A DNA stretch of 64,000 nt from Squatina squatina. Its lineage: Eukaryota. The position numbers were made by a program, and so were the translations under genes. The notes beneath the pieces were generated by a model. It was not told where the DNA came from. It saw only the letters and a program-made list of their open reading frames with translations, and made no database searches. This document shows positions 36,610 through 50,727 of the stretch, in pieces; position 1 is the first letter of the stretch; the number at the start of each line of letters is the position of its first letter. The stretch covers positions 31,115 through 95,114 of the forward strand of contig JARFOE010000008.1 in NCBI GenBank assembly GCA_031763465.1, read 5' to 3'.

Positions 36610-38470
36610 AATATAAACTGGGACAGGGTCCCGTGAAATATAAGCTGGGACAGGGTTTGCATTATAAACAGAGACAGGTTCCAGCAAAAGAAAACAGAGA
36701 CAGTGTCTCGTATAATATAAACTGGGACATGGCCGAGTGTAATATAAACAGACAGTGTCTCGTGTAATATAAACAGAGACACTGTCTAGTATAATAAAAA
36801 CAGACAGTGTCTAGTGTAATATAAACAGAGACACTGTCTAGTGTAATAGAAAGAGAGACAGGTTCAAGTTTAATATAAACAGACAGTGTCTAATGTAATT
36901 TAAACAGAGACAGGGTCAAGTTTAATATAAACAGAGACAGGGTCCAGCGAAAGAAAACAGAGACAGTGTCTAGTGTAATATAAACTGGGACACGGCCGAG
37001 TGTAATATAAACAGAGACAGTGTCTCGTGTAATATAAACAGAGACACTGTCTAGTGCAATAGAAAGAGAGACAGGTTCAAGCTTAATATAAACAGACAGT
37101 GTCTAATGTAATTTAAACAGAGACAGGGTCAAGTTTAATATAAGCAGAGACAGGGTCTAGTGTATTATAAACAGAGACAGGGTCTAGTGTGATATAAGTT
37201 GAGACAGGATCTCATATAATATAAGCAGAGACAGGTTCCCGTGTAATATGAACAGAGGCAGGGTCTATTGTAATATAAACAGAGACAGGGTCAAGTTTAA
37301 TATAAACAGAGACAGGGTCTAGTGTAATATAAACAGACAGGGTCTAGTGTGATATAAATTGAGACNNNNNNNNNNNNNNNNNNNNNNNNNNNNNNNNNNN
37401 NNNNNNNNNNNNNNNNNNNNNNNNNNNNNNNNNNNNNNNNNNNNNNNNNNNNNNNNNNNNNNNNNGTTCAACAGTAATATTAACAGAAACAGGGTCCAGT
37501 GTGATATAAACTGAGAATGTGTGTAGTGTAATATAAACTGAGACAGGGTCTCCTGTAATATAAATTGAGACAGGGTCTAGTGTAATATAAAAAGAGACAA
37601 GGTCTAGTGTAATATAAACAGAGACAGGGTCTAGTGTAATATAACCAGAGGCAGGTTCAACTGTAATATTAACAGAGGCAAGGTCCAGTGCGATATAAAT
37701 TGAGAAAGTGTGTAGTGTAATATAAACTGAGACAGCGTCTCCTGTAATATAAACAGAGACAAGGTCTAGTGCAGTAATAATTGAGACAGGGCAGCGTGTA
37801 ATTTGAATAGACATAGTCTAGTGCAGTAATAAACAAATCAGGACCTAGTGTAATATAAAATGAGACAGGGTCTTGTGCATTAATAAATGAACAGGGCTAC
37901 AGGGCGTAGCATAATATAAACAACGACTGGGTCCCAATGTAATATACACAGACAGGGTAATTGTAATTTGAGGAGAAGCTGGGTCTTCTGCAATATAAAT
38001 AGGAACTGAATCAAGTGTAAAATGAACAGAGACAGGGTCGAGTGTAGCATGAACAGAGTCTGGGTCAAGTGCATTAAAAATTGACACAGGGTCCAGTGTA
38101 ATATGAATAGAGACAGGGTCTAGTGTAATATAAACAGAGACAGGGTCTGGTGAAATATACAGAGACAGGGTCCAATGTGAGATAGGTACAGATGGGGCAA
38201 AACTAAAAATAATTGACACAGCGTCAGGTGTAATATAAAAAGAGACAGGGTCTAGTGTAACTTCAAAAGAGACAGAGTTTGGTGTAATGTAAACAGCGAC
38301 AGGGTCCAGCGTAGCATCAAAAGAGAAAGTGTCGAGTGTGATATAAACTGAGACAGGGTCTATTGTAATTTAAAGAGAGACAGGGTTTAGTGTAGCTTCA
38401 AATGAGACAGTGTCTAGTATATTAAAAAATGAGACAGGGTCTAGTGTAATGTGAAGAGAGACAGGGTTCT
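36610..38470. repeat. 27-bp satellite
   Basis: Same unit as 8508-12779, more diverged toward 38470; gap at 37366-37465. Confidence 0.92.
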
Positions 38471-38705
38471 GTGCGTAAATTCCAGTGACCCTGACGACTA
38501 CGTGTACAGGAAGTGTGTCCAGCTGCAGCTCCTGGCAGACCGTATTGAGCGGCTGGAGTTGCGGCTGATTTCACTCTGCAGCATCCGCAATGCTGAGGAC
38601 GTCGTGGATAGCACGCTTAGTGAGTTGTTCACACCGCAGGTGAAGGTTACACAGGCAGAAGGGCAATGGGTGACCACTAGGCAGCGTAGAAGAAGGCAGG
38701 TAGTG
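38471..38705 (+). mobile_element. CR1 ORF1 N-terminal (Cys / leucine-zipper) fragment
   Basis: PDDYVYRKCVQLQLLADRIERLELRL...DVVDST.SE..TPQ...WVTTR. Confidence 0.7.
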
Positions 38706-38805
38706 NNNNNNNNNNNNNNNNNNNNNNNNNNNNNNNNNNNNNNNNNNNNNNNNNNNNNNNNNNNNNNNNNNNNNNNNNNNNNNNNNNNNNNNNNNNNNNN
38801 NNNNN

Positions 38806-39791
38806 AAGTAAAGAAAGAAAGGAGGACGGAGTAAGAAAGAAAAAAGAAAGAAAAGAAAGAAGGCTGGAGAAAAAAGAAAGAAAGAGAAAGAAAGAAAAAA
38901 TGAAAGAAGGAAGGAGAAAGAGTGAAAGTTAGAAGCAAAGAAAGAAAGAAAGAAGGAAGGAAGGAGGAACGAAAGAAAGAATGAAAGGAAGAAGGAAAGA
39001 AAGAATGAAAGGAAGAAGGAAAGAAAGAAGGAATGAGGAAGAAAGAAAGAAAGAAAGAAAGGAAGAAAGAAAGAAAGGTAGAAGAAAAGAAAGACGGAAT
39101 GAAAGAGGAGGAAGGANNNNNNNNNNNNNNNNNNNNNNNNNNNNNNNNNNNNNNNNNNNNNNNNNNNNNNNNNNNNNNNNNNNNNNNNNNNNNNNNNNNN
39201 NNNNNNNNNNNNNNNNNNNNNNNNNNNNNNNNNNNNNNNNNNNNNNNNNNNNNNNNNNNNNNNNNNNNNNNNNNNNNNNNNNNNNNNNNNNNNNNNNNNN
39301 NNNNNNNNNNNNNNNNNNNNNNNNNNTGGAAGGAGGAAGAGTGAAGGANNNNNNNNNNNNNNNNNNNNNNNNNNNNNNNNNNNNNNNNNNNNNNNNNNNN
39401 NNNNNNNNNNNNNNNNNNNNNNNNNNNNNNNNNNNNNNNNNNNNNNNNNNNNNNNNNNNNNNNNNNNNNNNNNNNNNNNNNNNNNNNNNNNNNNNNNNNN
39501 NNGAAGGAGATAGTAACAAAGAAAGAAAGAAAAAGGAAGAAAGAAAGATGGACAGAAGGAGAAAGAAACAAACAAAGAAGGAAAGAAGGAAGGAGAAAGA
39601 AAGGAATAAGGAAAGAAAGAAGGAGGAAGAAGGAAAGAAAGAAAGGAAGAAAGTAAGAATGAAGGAAAGAAAGAAAGGAAGAATGAAAGAAACAAAGGGA
39701 GGAAGAAGGGAAGGAAAAAAATGGAAAGAAAGAGGAAGGAAGAAAGAAAAGAAGCCAGAAAGAAAGGAAGAAGGAAAGAAAGAAGGAAGGA

Positions 39792-39824
<33 letters not shown>

Positions 39825-39861
39825 GAAGAAAGAAAGAAAGAAATAATAAAGTAAAGAAAGA
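38806..39861. repeat. Purine-rich (GAAA/GAAG)n simple repeat
   Basis: Almost pure A/G tract with gaps; a similar tract is at 57794-57880. Confidence 0.95.
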
Positions 39862-41358
39862 NNNNNNNNNNNNNNNNNNNNNNNNNNNNNNNNNNNNNNN
39901 NNNNNNNNNNNNNNNNNNNNNNNNNNNNNNNNNNNNNNNNNNNNNNNNNNNNNNNNNNNNNNNNNNNNNNNNNNNNNNNNNNNNNNNNNNNNNNNNNNNN
40001 NNNNNNNNNNNNNNNNNNNNNNNNNNNNNNNNNNNNNNNNNNNNNNNNNNNNNNNNNNNNNNNNNNNNNNNNNNNNNNNNNNNNNNNNNNNNNNNNNNNN
40101 NNNNNNNNNNNNNNNNNNNNNNNNNNNNNNNNNNNNNNNNTAAAGAAGTTTCTTCTGAATTCCCTATTTGATTTCTTGGTGACTATCTTATATTGATGGC
40201 CTCTAGTTATGCTCTTCTTCACAAGTGGAAACACTCTCTCTACATCTACTGTATCAAACCTTTCATAATTTTAAAAACCTCCATTTCGTCACCCCTCAGC
40301 CTTCCTTTTTCAAGAGAAAAGAGACCCAGCCTGTCCATCATTTATGATCGGTATACCCTTCCATTTATGGAATCTTCCTTGTAAATCTTCTCTGCACCAC
40401 ATCTATATCCTTTTTATAATATGGCGACTAAAACTGTACACAGTACTCCAAGTCTGGTCGAACCAAGGTTCGATACAAGTTTAGCATAACTTCACTACTT
40501 TTCCATTCCATAACGATTCAATTCTTTAACAATCAATGCCAATAATTTAAGTCCAATTTTGCCAGCAGGCTATGAAATTTGATGTCTGCAGATAACGAGA
40601 TAAATTTTTTAAACTGCTGGACCTTTTACTGTGCCATCAACCTCTTATCAAACTGGAGCCGGCATTGTCTAATATGGTAGTCTCTGGCTATTGCATAGTC
40701 CAGAGACACAAGTCTGCATTTTCTTCAACATACATCAGCAACATTAGAAGCATATAAAAACACTGTGGTCTTCCTGTGGCAAGTCCAACCCACTCATCTC
40801 TAAACTTTTCTTCTCCTAAAGTAATATTTCTAATCTAAATATTCTATGATGAAAATATCCAATGCCAGTTGGTTGTAAACACCACCTGTAGATCATTGAC
40901 ATTTGTCTCTCTCTCGCTCCCTAATGATACCGATCACATTTTCCCCTCTACCGAATTAACTAAACATGAACACCTTTCAGAAGCTGAATTAACTGAGTTC
41001 CATATGCCAACACTCTCGCAACTTCCCTTGATAGCAAGGCTTGGAGAGACACTCTGGAAGGTATGGGGAACTGAGACTTGCGCATGAGAGTAACCGAAGG
41101 TATGAGAACTGAAATAATCTCGAGTTGGAATGGAGAAAAGGTCCAAAAATGGAGCAATCAGTAACAGGACATTGGTCAATTAGTCTCCTCTTATCTTGAA
41201 GAAATCAAATATGGACAGACTGTGTTATTTGAAATATCAAAATATGAAACTCCAGCCCAGTTATAGGTGTTCTGAACATCATCAGAAACAAACTCGAACT
41301 GTCAGAATGAACACTAATCAGTTGAGATGTGATTAACAGCAGAATCCAAGACCTGCAG

Positions 41359-41949
41359 TCACTTGTGAACTCGCTGGTGTCTCAGCAGGTCAGAAGACTG
41401 AGTGAATTCCTTCCCACACACGGAACAGATGAACGGTCGCTCCCCAGTGTGAACCCGCTGATGTGTCAGCAGGTTGGATGACCGAGTGAATCTCTTCCCA
41501 CAGTCAGAGCAAGTGAACGGTCTCTCTCCAGTGTGAACCCGCTGGTGTGTCAGCAAGTTGCCTGACTGAGTGAATCCCATCCCACAGTCGGAGCAGGTGA
41601 ATGGCCTCTCCCCTGTGTGAACAAGCTGGTGTTCAATCAGGTGGGATGACCGAGTGAATCTCTTCCCACACTCAGAGCAAGTGAACGGCCTCTCCTCAGA
41701 GTGAACTCGCTGGTGTCTCAACAAGTGTGATGACTGAGTGAATCCCTTCCCACACTCAGAGCAGGTGAACGGTCTCTCCCCAGTGTGAATTCGCTGGTGT
41801 CTCAGCAGGTCAGGTGACTGAGCGAATCCTTTCCCACAGTCAGAGCAGGTGAACAACCTCTCCCCGGTGTGACTGTGCCAATGAGCTTCCAGCCGCGATG
41901 GATAATCAAATCTCTTCCCACAGTCCTCACATTTCCACGATTTCTCCAT
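41359..41949 (-). CDS. C2H2 zinc-finger protein (7 fingers)
   Basis: ATG at 41949 (MEKSWKCEDC). Seven fingers with TGERPF linkers, ending HK-TGA at 41359; a degenerate finger lies upstream. Confidence 0.85.
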   Translation of the reverse strand: MEKSWKCEDCGKRFDYPSRLEAHWHSHTGERLFTCSDCGKGFAQSPDLLRHQRIHTGERPFTCSECGKGFTQSSHLLRHQRVHSEERPFTCSECGKRFTRSSHLIEHQLVHTGERPFTCSDCGMGFTQSGNLLTHQRVHTGERPFTCSDCGKRFTRSSNLLTHQRVHTGERPFICSVCGKEFTQSSDLLRHQRVHK

Positions 41950-42519
41950 GGTGCTAGTGTCCTGTGTCTCTCCAGGTTGGACAATCAGGTGAAGCCTCAT
42001 CCACACATAGAACACGTGTAGTTTCTCCCCACGGTGAATGGCGCAATGATTTTTCAGGCCATGTAACTGCTTAAAGCTCTTTCCAGTCTGTGCACTGGAA
42101 CACTCTCACTCGGGTGTGTGTGTCTCGGTGCTTTTCCAGTCACACTGATATCTGAAATCTTTTCTCACAAACCAAACAAACAAACATTTCTCCTTCCACA
42201 TTCAAAGGCTGATTATATTCAGATTCTGAAGAATCGGGTGACTCAGTCAGACCTTGATGTGATGTTTGGGTTGAGTTTCCTGTCTGTTAATCCTCCCCTT
42301 CTAATATCCTGAAAAAGGAGATTACAGAAATCAGCAGTGTGAGTACATGACAGAAATTCAGAAGACAACTCTAGATTCTGTGGGAAATTCTTTCCTCTCT
42401 TGTTCATCAAAAGCTGTGAAATCCCGTCCCACACATTTTGCCTCCTCCCTGTGCTAAATTTAAACACTTTGCATGTCTCAAGACAGTTTGTCCTCCGCTC
42501 CCAGTTTATCACCACCAAC

Positions 42520-42790
42520 TCTGGCTGGGTTCTGTTCTACACTCACTGGTTCCCCTCTCTCTCCTCCCCGAAGGTGCTGACTCTGGCTGTGTTCAGTTCT
42601 ACTCTCACTGGTTCCTTTCCTCTCCTCCTATGAAGGTATTGGCTCTGGCTGTGTTCAATTTAACACTCACTGATCCCTCTCACTTTCTCCTCCCCTAAAA
42701 GGTGCTGACTCTGGCTGGATTCAGTTCTACACTCACTGGTTTCCCTCCCTCTCCTCCCCTGAAGGTGCTGACTCTGGCTGGGTTCAGGAC
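42520..42790. repeat. ~62-66 bp minisatellite in the zinc-finger gene upstream/intron region
   Basis: CTCTGGCTG(G/T)GTTCAGTTCTACACTCACTGGTT...GAAGGTGCTGA repeated at least 4 times. Confidence 0.85.
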
Positions 42791-43561
42791 NNNNNNNNNN
42801 NNNNNNNNNNNNNNNNNNNNNNNNNNNNNNNNNNNNNNNNNNNNNNNNNNNNNNNNNNNNNNNNNNNNNNNNNNNNNNNNNNNNNNNNNNCTGCAATTAT
42901 GTAGAAAGGGGATGTGTGAAGAGATAGTCTTTGTATGGAAAAGATAAACATGGAAACGGTGTCTGTGTGTGATAGTGACACAGGCTTGTGGTCACAGTCA
43001 GAACAATGCACAGATATCTTTGTGGTTATGCTTTGAACAGGGTCAGATCATGAATGTATTAAACAAGTTAAACATAAATATCACTAGTGTAGCTGCAGCT
43101 TGTTGGAACAGACCCGAGGAGGAGCGAGCTCTGAATCCACTGCATTATCTCTATTCTCCAGATCAGGTAAACATACTCTGTCTGTATTTTTCCAGTAATG
43201 TTAATAAAGTCAGGAAGTGACAATCTGTTCTTGTGAGCCTGATTATCTGGTGCCTGAAACCACAAGATTCAATATTTCGAGAAAACAAGATGAACAATTA
43301 AACACATCACGACCCAATACTCCAGCTCCATAATCACAGGAGAAAGTCTGTTATCTAACTCCTCGAGTGAGCAGAATAAAGAAAGATCCCAATTCTAATA
43401 ACCTCTAGAATCATTTATAATTACCTTTCAAATCATGACTGATATCAATTGTCAGCGTGCANNNNNNNNNNNNNNNNNNNNNNNNNNNNNNNNNNNNNNN
43501 NNNNNNNNNNNNNNNNNNNNNNNNNNNNNNNNNNNNNNNNNNNNNNNNNNNNNNNNNNNNN

Positions 43562-44472
43562 TCCCCATTAAACTGCTTCCCTTCCCGGCCCTTTTGCGAG
43601 CCGATACTGTTAATGGTTCCTTCTTCTCAGATACTGACCCCGCTCCCCTTCAAACCTGCCGTCATCACCCCCTCCTAAAAAAAAACAACCCTTGACCCCT
43701 CTGCCCTTGCAAACTACCGCCCCATCTCCAACCTCCCTTTTCTCTCCAATTTCATTTTCAATGGGTTGTCGCCTCCCAAATCCGTATCTATCTTTCCTGG
43801 AACTCCACAGTTGAATCCCTCCAATCAGATTTCTGCCCCATCACAGTACTGAAATGGTTCTTATCAAAGTCACAAATGACATCCTATGTAAATTTGACAA
43901 AGGTAAGCTATCTACACTCATCCTCCTCGACTTGTCTGCAGCCTTTGGTTGACCGCACCATCCTCCTCCATCGCCTCTCCTCCGTCACCCAGCTGGAAGG
44001 GCCGGCACGCACCTGGCCCCATTCTTATCTATCAAGCAGAGCCAGGAAACCCATCTGCAATGGCTTCGCTACCTGCTCCCGCACCGTGACCTCTGGAGTC
44101 TATCCTTAGCACCCCCCAATTTCTCATCTACATACTGCCCCCTCAGCGACATCACATAACTGCACATGTACGCTGATGACACCCAGCATCGCCTCACCAC
44201 CACCTCTCACGACCACTCCATTGTCCTTAATTTGTCAGGCTATTTGTCCGACACCCAGGGCTGGATGAGCAGAAATTTCCTACAGCTGAATATTGGGAAG
44301 ATCAAAGCCATCCGTTCCCTGGTCACCAACTCCATCCATCTCCCTGGCAACTGTATGAGGTTGAACCAGTCTGTTCCCGACCTTGGTGTCCTGCGTGGCC
44401 CTGGGATGACCTTCCGACCACATATCCTCTCCATCATTAAGACCGTCTACTTCCACATCCGTAACGTTACCC
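43562..44472 (+). mobile_element. L2-type LINE RT fragment
   Basis: NYRPISNLPFLS...LLDLSAAF...HMYADDTQ...WMSRNFLQLNIGK. Confidence 0.85.
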
Positions 44473-45280
44473 NNNNNNNNNNNNNNNNNNNNNNNNNNNN
44501 NNNNNNNNNNNNNNNNNNNNNNNNNNNNNNNNNNNNNNNNNNNNNNNNNNNNNNNNNNNNNNNNNNNNNNNNTGCCAAACACCCATGTGCATACCCTTGG
44601 TGAATTACAATTGCCTTCGCTTACACTTCCTACCGCTTCTACATGGTGTCTCCCCTGTTGCTTCAGCAGAGGTAGAGGCAGGCTGCTCAGATCCCTGACC
44701 TGACTGCTAAGATGCTTTTGATCTGCAACCTCTGGGTTTTGGTGCCCCTGAGGGCCCCTCAAAGACTGCTACTTTGCATGGGCAGTCTCGGTCATAGGGA
44801 GATGAAGCAATATGTTTGATACTGGCTGAGCGGGGGCAACGGATGAGAAGTGTGAGCACTGTGAGTGCAGTTTCCACTTCCATGTACCCTTTGGCTATAT
44901 CCCTCTCCTGGACCAGCGCCACATCACTCCTATTACTCTGCTGCAGACCAGCTTTGTGCAGATCAGTGACGTGTTGTAAGGCCAAGGATAAAGTATTTCT
45001 CCTTCTTGTTTAAGGTGACAGCCATCTCCTGTACGGCTGTGGTCATGGCCTGCACAGACTCATTTGAGAGCCACACTTGAAGATCCCGAGAAGTGGCCAC
45101 TCTTTCAATGGCAGATATTCTCGCACTTACTTGTGGTACCAATCCACTACTGCTGGAGCTGGACCCCTCCATCTCTCCGCNNNNNNNNNNNNNNNNNNNN
45201 NNNNNNNNNNNNNNNNNNNNNNNNNNNNNNNNNNNNNNNNNNNNNNNNNNNNNNNNNNNNNNNNNNNNNNNNNNNNNNNN

Positions 45281-46109
45281 CTGAGCCACATCAGAAGAAA
45301 TTAGTGCAGGTGGCCAAAAGGTTGGTCAAAGCAGTGGGTTTTAAGGAGCGTCTTAAAGGAGGAGAGAGAGGTAGAGAGATGGAGAGGTTTAGGCATGATA
45401 TTCCAGAGCTTAGGGCCTAGGCAACAGAAGGCACGGCCACCAATGGTGGAGCAATTATAATCAGGGATGCTCAAGAGACCAGAATTAGAGGAGCGCAGAT
45501 ATCTCGGGGGGTTGTGGGGATGAAGAGATAGGGAGGGGTGAGACCATGGAGGGATTTGTAAACAAGGATGAGAATTTTGAAATCGAGGCGTTGCCTAACC
45601 GGGAGCCAATGTAGGTCAGCGAGCACAGGGGTGATGGGTGAATACGGTTTCGTACGAGTTTTGGATCGCCTTTAGTTTACGTAGGGTAGGATGTCAGAGG
45701 CTGGCTAGGAATGCTTTGGAACAGTCAAGTCTACAGATAAGGGTTCAGCATCGGATGAGCTGAGACAAGGGTGGAGACGGGCGATGTTAAGGAGCCGGAA
45801 ATAAGCAGTCTCAGTTATGCTGCGGATATGTAGTCGAATGCTCATTTTAGGGTCAAATATGACACCACGGTTGCCAACAGTGTGGTTCAGCCTCAGAGAG
45901 AAGTTGGGGAGAGTGATGGAGTCAGTGGCTAGGGAACGGAGTTTGTGGCGGGGACTAAAAACAATGGCTTCCGTCTTTCAATTATTTAACTGGAGAAAAT
46001 TTTTGCTCATCCAGAACTGGATGTCGGACAAGCAGTCTGACAATTTAGAGATCGTGGAGCGATTGAGAATGGTGTTAGTGAGGTAGAGATGGGTGTTATC
46101 AGCGTACAT
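45281..46109 (-). mobile_element. L2-type LINE 3' fragment
   Basis: Reverse complement encodes MYADNT...WMSKNFLQLNNWKTEAIVF, followed by 3' region. Confidence 0.8.
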
Positions 46110-46209
46110 NNNNNNNNNNNNNNNNNNNNNNNNNNNNNNNNNNNNNNNNNNNNNNNNNNNNNNNNNNNNNNNNNNNNNNNNNNNNNNNNNNNNNNNNNNN
46201 NNNNNNNNN

Positions 46210-47080
46210 TAGCTGTTTCCCGTCCACTTTGGCTAAATCACATCTCAGCTTAGTAAAATTGGCTTTTCCCCAATTTAGAACTTTTATCCCTGGTCTATCT
46301 TTGTCCTTATCCATAACTACCCTAAATCTAACTGAATTATGATCACTGCCATCAAAATGCTCTCCCACTAATATCCCTTTCACCTGCCCAGTTTCATTCC
46401 CTAAAATTAAGTCCAGAACTGCCCCTGATTGATGGATTAATATAAGGTACGGTAGAGGACAGAGAATCTGCTCATCTTATATTTCTTAATAAGGTGTTAA
46501 TGTTGCCGACACTGGACTCTCAAACCTGCTAATTAATAAGCCAAGGTATTAGCTAGAATCTGACACCTCTTTACTGTTCTGCTCTTCAACTCCTGTGAAA
46601 CTTTTTCCCTTTAATGTACTTTTCCTACCATTGTCTTCCTTGCAAAATGTATCACCTCACATTTCTCTGTGTTAAATTTCATCAAACTGACTCATTTACT
46701 AACCAGTGTGTCTACACTGAAATCACTTACAGTCCTCTTCACAGTTCCCCATGGTCCCAGTTTTGGCCTGATCTGGAGATTTTAATCTTGTGTCCCATAT
46801 ACCCAAGCCCAGATCATTTCTCCATATTGAGGAGAGCAATGGTCCCAACACTCACCCTGGGGGACACCACTGTTTACATTCCTCCAGTCTGAAGAGCATC
46901 CATTAACCACTACTCTCTGTTTTCTGTCCTTTATCCAACTTCCTGTCCACACTGCCCCACTCCCCTTTAATACCGTGAGCGTTAATTTGATCAACAAGCC
47001 TCCTGTCCGGCACCTTATCAAACACCTTTTGACAATCCATCGACACAACATCCACTGCATTTCCTTTCTCACTACACTGT
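46210..47080 (-). mobile_element. CR1 LINE fragments
   Basis: GEHFDGSDHNSVRF...NWGKANF (endonuclease end) and SWIKDRKQRVVVNG..SDW..V.SGVPQG (RT). Confidence 0.8.
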
Positions 47081-47232
47081 TATTTCCTGAAATAATCACT
47101 GCTGTCAGTCCTGAATGAATCCATTTTTTCTACCAAATATTGCAGTGTTTGCTCCACACCTAAGGGTTCAATTTGTTTAAAGCTACAATCCATAAAGCGG
47201 CCCTGCAGCAAATTCCAGGACAGGGAAGCAGT

Positions 47233-47443
47233 GAGTCAGGGAGCGTCTGTAAATGAAGGAGAAATGGAGACTGGTGAGGGAGCGTCTGTAAATGAAGGAG
47301 AAATGGAGACTGGTCAGGGAGTGTCTGTAAATGAAGGAGAAATGGTGACTGGTCAGGGAGTGTCTGTAAATGAAGGAGAAATGGTGACTGGTCAGGGAAT
47401 GTCTGTAAATGAAGGGGAAATGGTGACTGGTCAGGGAGTGTCT
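47233..47443. repeat. 39-bp minisatellite
   Basis: GTCAGGGAGTGTCTGTAAATGAAGGAGAAATGGTGACTG, at least 5 copies, running into a gap. Confidence 0.92.
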
Positions 47444-47796
47444 NNNNNNNNNNNNNNNNNNNNNNNNNNNNNNNNNNNNNNNNNNNNNNNNNNNNNNNNN
47501 NNNNNNNNNNNNNNNNNNNNNNNNNNNNNNNNNNNNNNNNNNNCTGGAGAATGCTTCAGGCAGACACTCGGTGCTCAGAACACCCCATTCTCTGGCGCTG
47601 ACATCCATCATCTTGGTGAGAACAACATTTAACCCAAAGATAAGAGAAGCCCATGAGTTTCTCCTCGGACACAGAACCGGAGGGACAGTGAATGTCCCGA
47701 ACATTGTTGTACAGTGTGCTCGATAGTTTATCCCTGTGTCTGAGCCTTTTGGTGATGATTTAAATTTGATTCCCTCGATTTACTGACTCACCGACA

Positions 47797-48621
47797 TTTA
47801 CCCGATCAAATTTTGAACACCTCCCTCAGATCTCCTTTTAACCTTTGAATGAAAGGAGACCCAGTTTCTCCGTCTGTCCTGATAGCTAAAGACTCTCTTC
47901 CCTGGCCTTACCTCAGCAACCCTCTCCTTGGCCTTGACATCCTTCCTCTTCCTGGTGTGCGATCCCCAAAACCTGACACAATATTCGAACTGCAGCCTAA
48001 CCAATGATTTGTACAGGTTTACATGACCTCTGCCCTTTTGTACTCTACACTCCTATTTATACAGCCCAGGATCTCATGTATTTTAAACAACTTTATCAAC
48101 TTGTCTTCCCACTTTTAAAGGTTTGTGTATTTGTTCCCTTTGTAGGTTTCAGAGATATTAACACAACAAGGCTAAAACACATTGACCTAAAATGTCTGAT
48201 ATAATGTGTATTGTGAGAAAGGGAAGTTTAGTCCGAGTTAGAAACTCAAACAGGCACGTCACGGCAGACAGGTCGCCATGGCAACACTGATAAAGACATT
48301 CCACATTCATAGAACTGACTGGTTGGAATTTTTAATCAGGTCAGTGGAAAGAACAGGGTTTGTCTGTTATTAACCACAATGTAAGCTTAAACCAGAATGA
48401 ATAATAGAATAGATTAGATTATAATGTGTGTTTATACCTATAATTGTGAAACTATAAGAAATAACCTAATTAACAGCAGAGAGGGTGGTTTAGGGTTAAT
48501 GAGAAAATTACTGAAGAAAAGTAACTGCTGGGAACCAGGGAAAGTGTCCTTGTAAATCACAGATTAGAGAAGTTCCAGCTGTCTTTTCCCAGCTTCCTGC
48601 CAAAACCCAGCAGAGAAGACA
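47797..48621 (+). repeat. Duplicate of 16336-17170 (CR1 tail plus LTR-like element)
   Basis: Colinear similarity, including the identical stretch GAGAAAATTACTGAAGAAAAGTAACTGCTGGGAACCAGGGAAAGTGTC. Confidence 0.85.
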
Positions 48622-48829
48622 NNNNNNNNNNNNNNNNNNNNNNNNNNNNNNNNNNNNNNNNNNNNNNNNNNNNNNNNNNNNNNNNNNNNNNNNNNNNNNN
48701 NNNNNNNNNNNNNNNNNNNNNAAGGCCACTCCCCGGTGTGAACTCACTGGTCTGTCAGCAGATGGGAAGACTGAGTGAATACCTTCTCATACACGGAGCA
48801 GGTGAACGGCAAATACAGGCCAGTCAGTT

Positions 48830-49200
48830 TAATGAGAGGCGGAGCAAGTGGGTCAGCAGCCGGCATACGGGAGCAGATTGTGGGCAGGTGGGTTTAAAAG
48901 CTTTATAAGCACCTGGTTTAGGCCTGAAGCTCTGAATCAGAGCCCCCAAGCCCCGTGTTTGCCCCCCGGTTACAGGCCGGGCCAGAGGAGTCACTGGCCG
49001 CCATCTTGGACCAGGGGTGGTTTGCGGTACTTTGGGCAGGAACAAAGAGTGGGCGGGGCTTCAGGGTCAGTTTGATTGGACCACATGTTTCTGCCCATGT
49101 TAGTGGCCCCCGAATGGGAGCCTTGTGCTGATTCATGTCTGGTGGCACCAGGGCAGCCCAGTTTCACCCGACTGGGCAGCACAAAAGGCCCAGTGACCAG
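48830..49200 (+). promoter_or_regulatory. GC-rich promoter/5' region of a zinc-finger gene paralog
   Basis: YY1 motif GCCGCCATCTTG (48997-49008), GC box GTGGGCGGGGC and ATTGG. Inverted homolog of 60830-61100. Confidence 0.55.
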
Positions 49201-50727
49201 GAGAGAATATCATCAGCTCATTGATTTTATTCTCACTCTGCACATTGTGGGTGTAGAACTGAACCCAACCAGAGCAGAGGGAGGGAGAAAAGTGGGAGTG
49301 GAGAAAAGAAATGTTGGAGATGGTGCGATGGGTTTGGATTTCAGCACAGGGAAGAGGGAAAGTGTGTGGGATGGGGATTTATAGCTTTGGGAGAACAACA
49401 GAGGAAATAATGCTCCAAAAAAATTGGATTGTGTGTTCTGAATTTCTATCCTGTACTCACAGTGATGACTTTACTAAATCTCTTTTGTGGGGTATTAGAA
49501 GGGGAAATTATGTAAATGGAAAACTCAGACCAAAGCTCACANNNNNNNNNNNNNNNNNNNNNNNNNNNNNNNNNNNNNNNNNNNNNNNNNNNNNNNNNNN
49601 NNNNNNNNNNNNNNNNNNNNNNNNNNNNNNNNNNNNNNNNNTTAACTTGCTGTATACCTCTGAATGCAAACATTTCCCAGTATCTCACCAGTCAACAAAT
49701 AGTCTGCGCTTTTTTTTGTTTTTCCTGTCAAGTTAATAACTTCACACTTCCCCACATTGTATTCCATTTGCCATGTTCTTGCCCACTCCAAGTAGTGTGT
49801 CCTTCTTATTCTTCCCACCAAATTGCACCACCAATCTTAAAATTCATTTGCTAATTACCCTCCCATTCTTCAAGCTTATTAATGTATTCTTGCATTTTGT
49901 CAGTCTTCCTCAGTATTGAGTCTCCCACCCAATTTGGTGTCATCTCCAAACTTTGAAATTGTGTATGTAAACGGTGAACAACAGTGGTCCCAGCACCGAT
50001 CCCTGTGGAACACCACCTCCTACTTTCCGCCCTTCTGAGTAAATACCTTTAACTCACCCCGTTACTTTGACTGGATTTGTCTCCATTTCCGTGCTGAGGG
50101 GATTGCTGTGCCAGATGGCTGGGGCAATATTTGGGGACTCTCGATTCTCCACCGATTCCCATTCCCCTTCTTTCTGGCAGATAATGGAGGTGCCACTGTG
50201 TCTAATGTGCAAGTCAGTAAGAATTGTCAATNNNNNNNNNNNNNNNNNNNNNNNNNNNNNNNNNNNNNNNNNNNNNNNNNNNNNNNNNNNNNNNNNNNNN
50301 NNNNNNNNNNNNNNNNNNNNNNNNNNNNNNNATCAGGGGGGAGAAAAAATAGATTTTTTTTAAGACAGCGAGTTGTTGCGACCTGGAATGCACTGTCTGA
50401 AAGTGTGGTGGAAGCAGATTCAATAGTAACTTACAAAAGGGAATTTAATAAATACTTGAAAAGGAAAAATAGTGCAGCGCTCTGGAGTAAGAGCAGGGGA
50501 GTGGTATTAATTGGACATCACTTGCAAAGTACTGGCACAGGCACGATGAACTGAATGTTCTCCTTCTGTGCTGCAGTATTCCATAGCTCTATGGATTGAT
50601 GTTGCATTAATTATGTTTCCCTCCGATACAGATGAAGTTGCTGTTTGTGATATTTGGTCACATGACGGCAGCAAAACCTTGAGGGTGAAACACTGAGAGG
50701 TTCTGTACCTGACGATAAGGCAACCTA

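Noticed and set aside
38498-40234. Long Phe/Ser/Leu-rich and Lys/Glu/Arg-rich ORFs (also 57117-58095)
   Set aside because: Purine simple repeat plus N runs read through as X.
47231-47632. Repetitive SVNEGEMVTGQGV protein
   Set aside because: Translation of a 39-bp minisatellite running into a gap.
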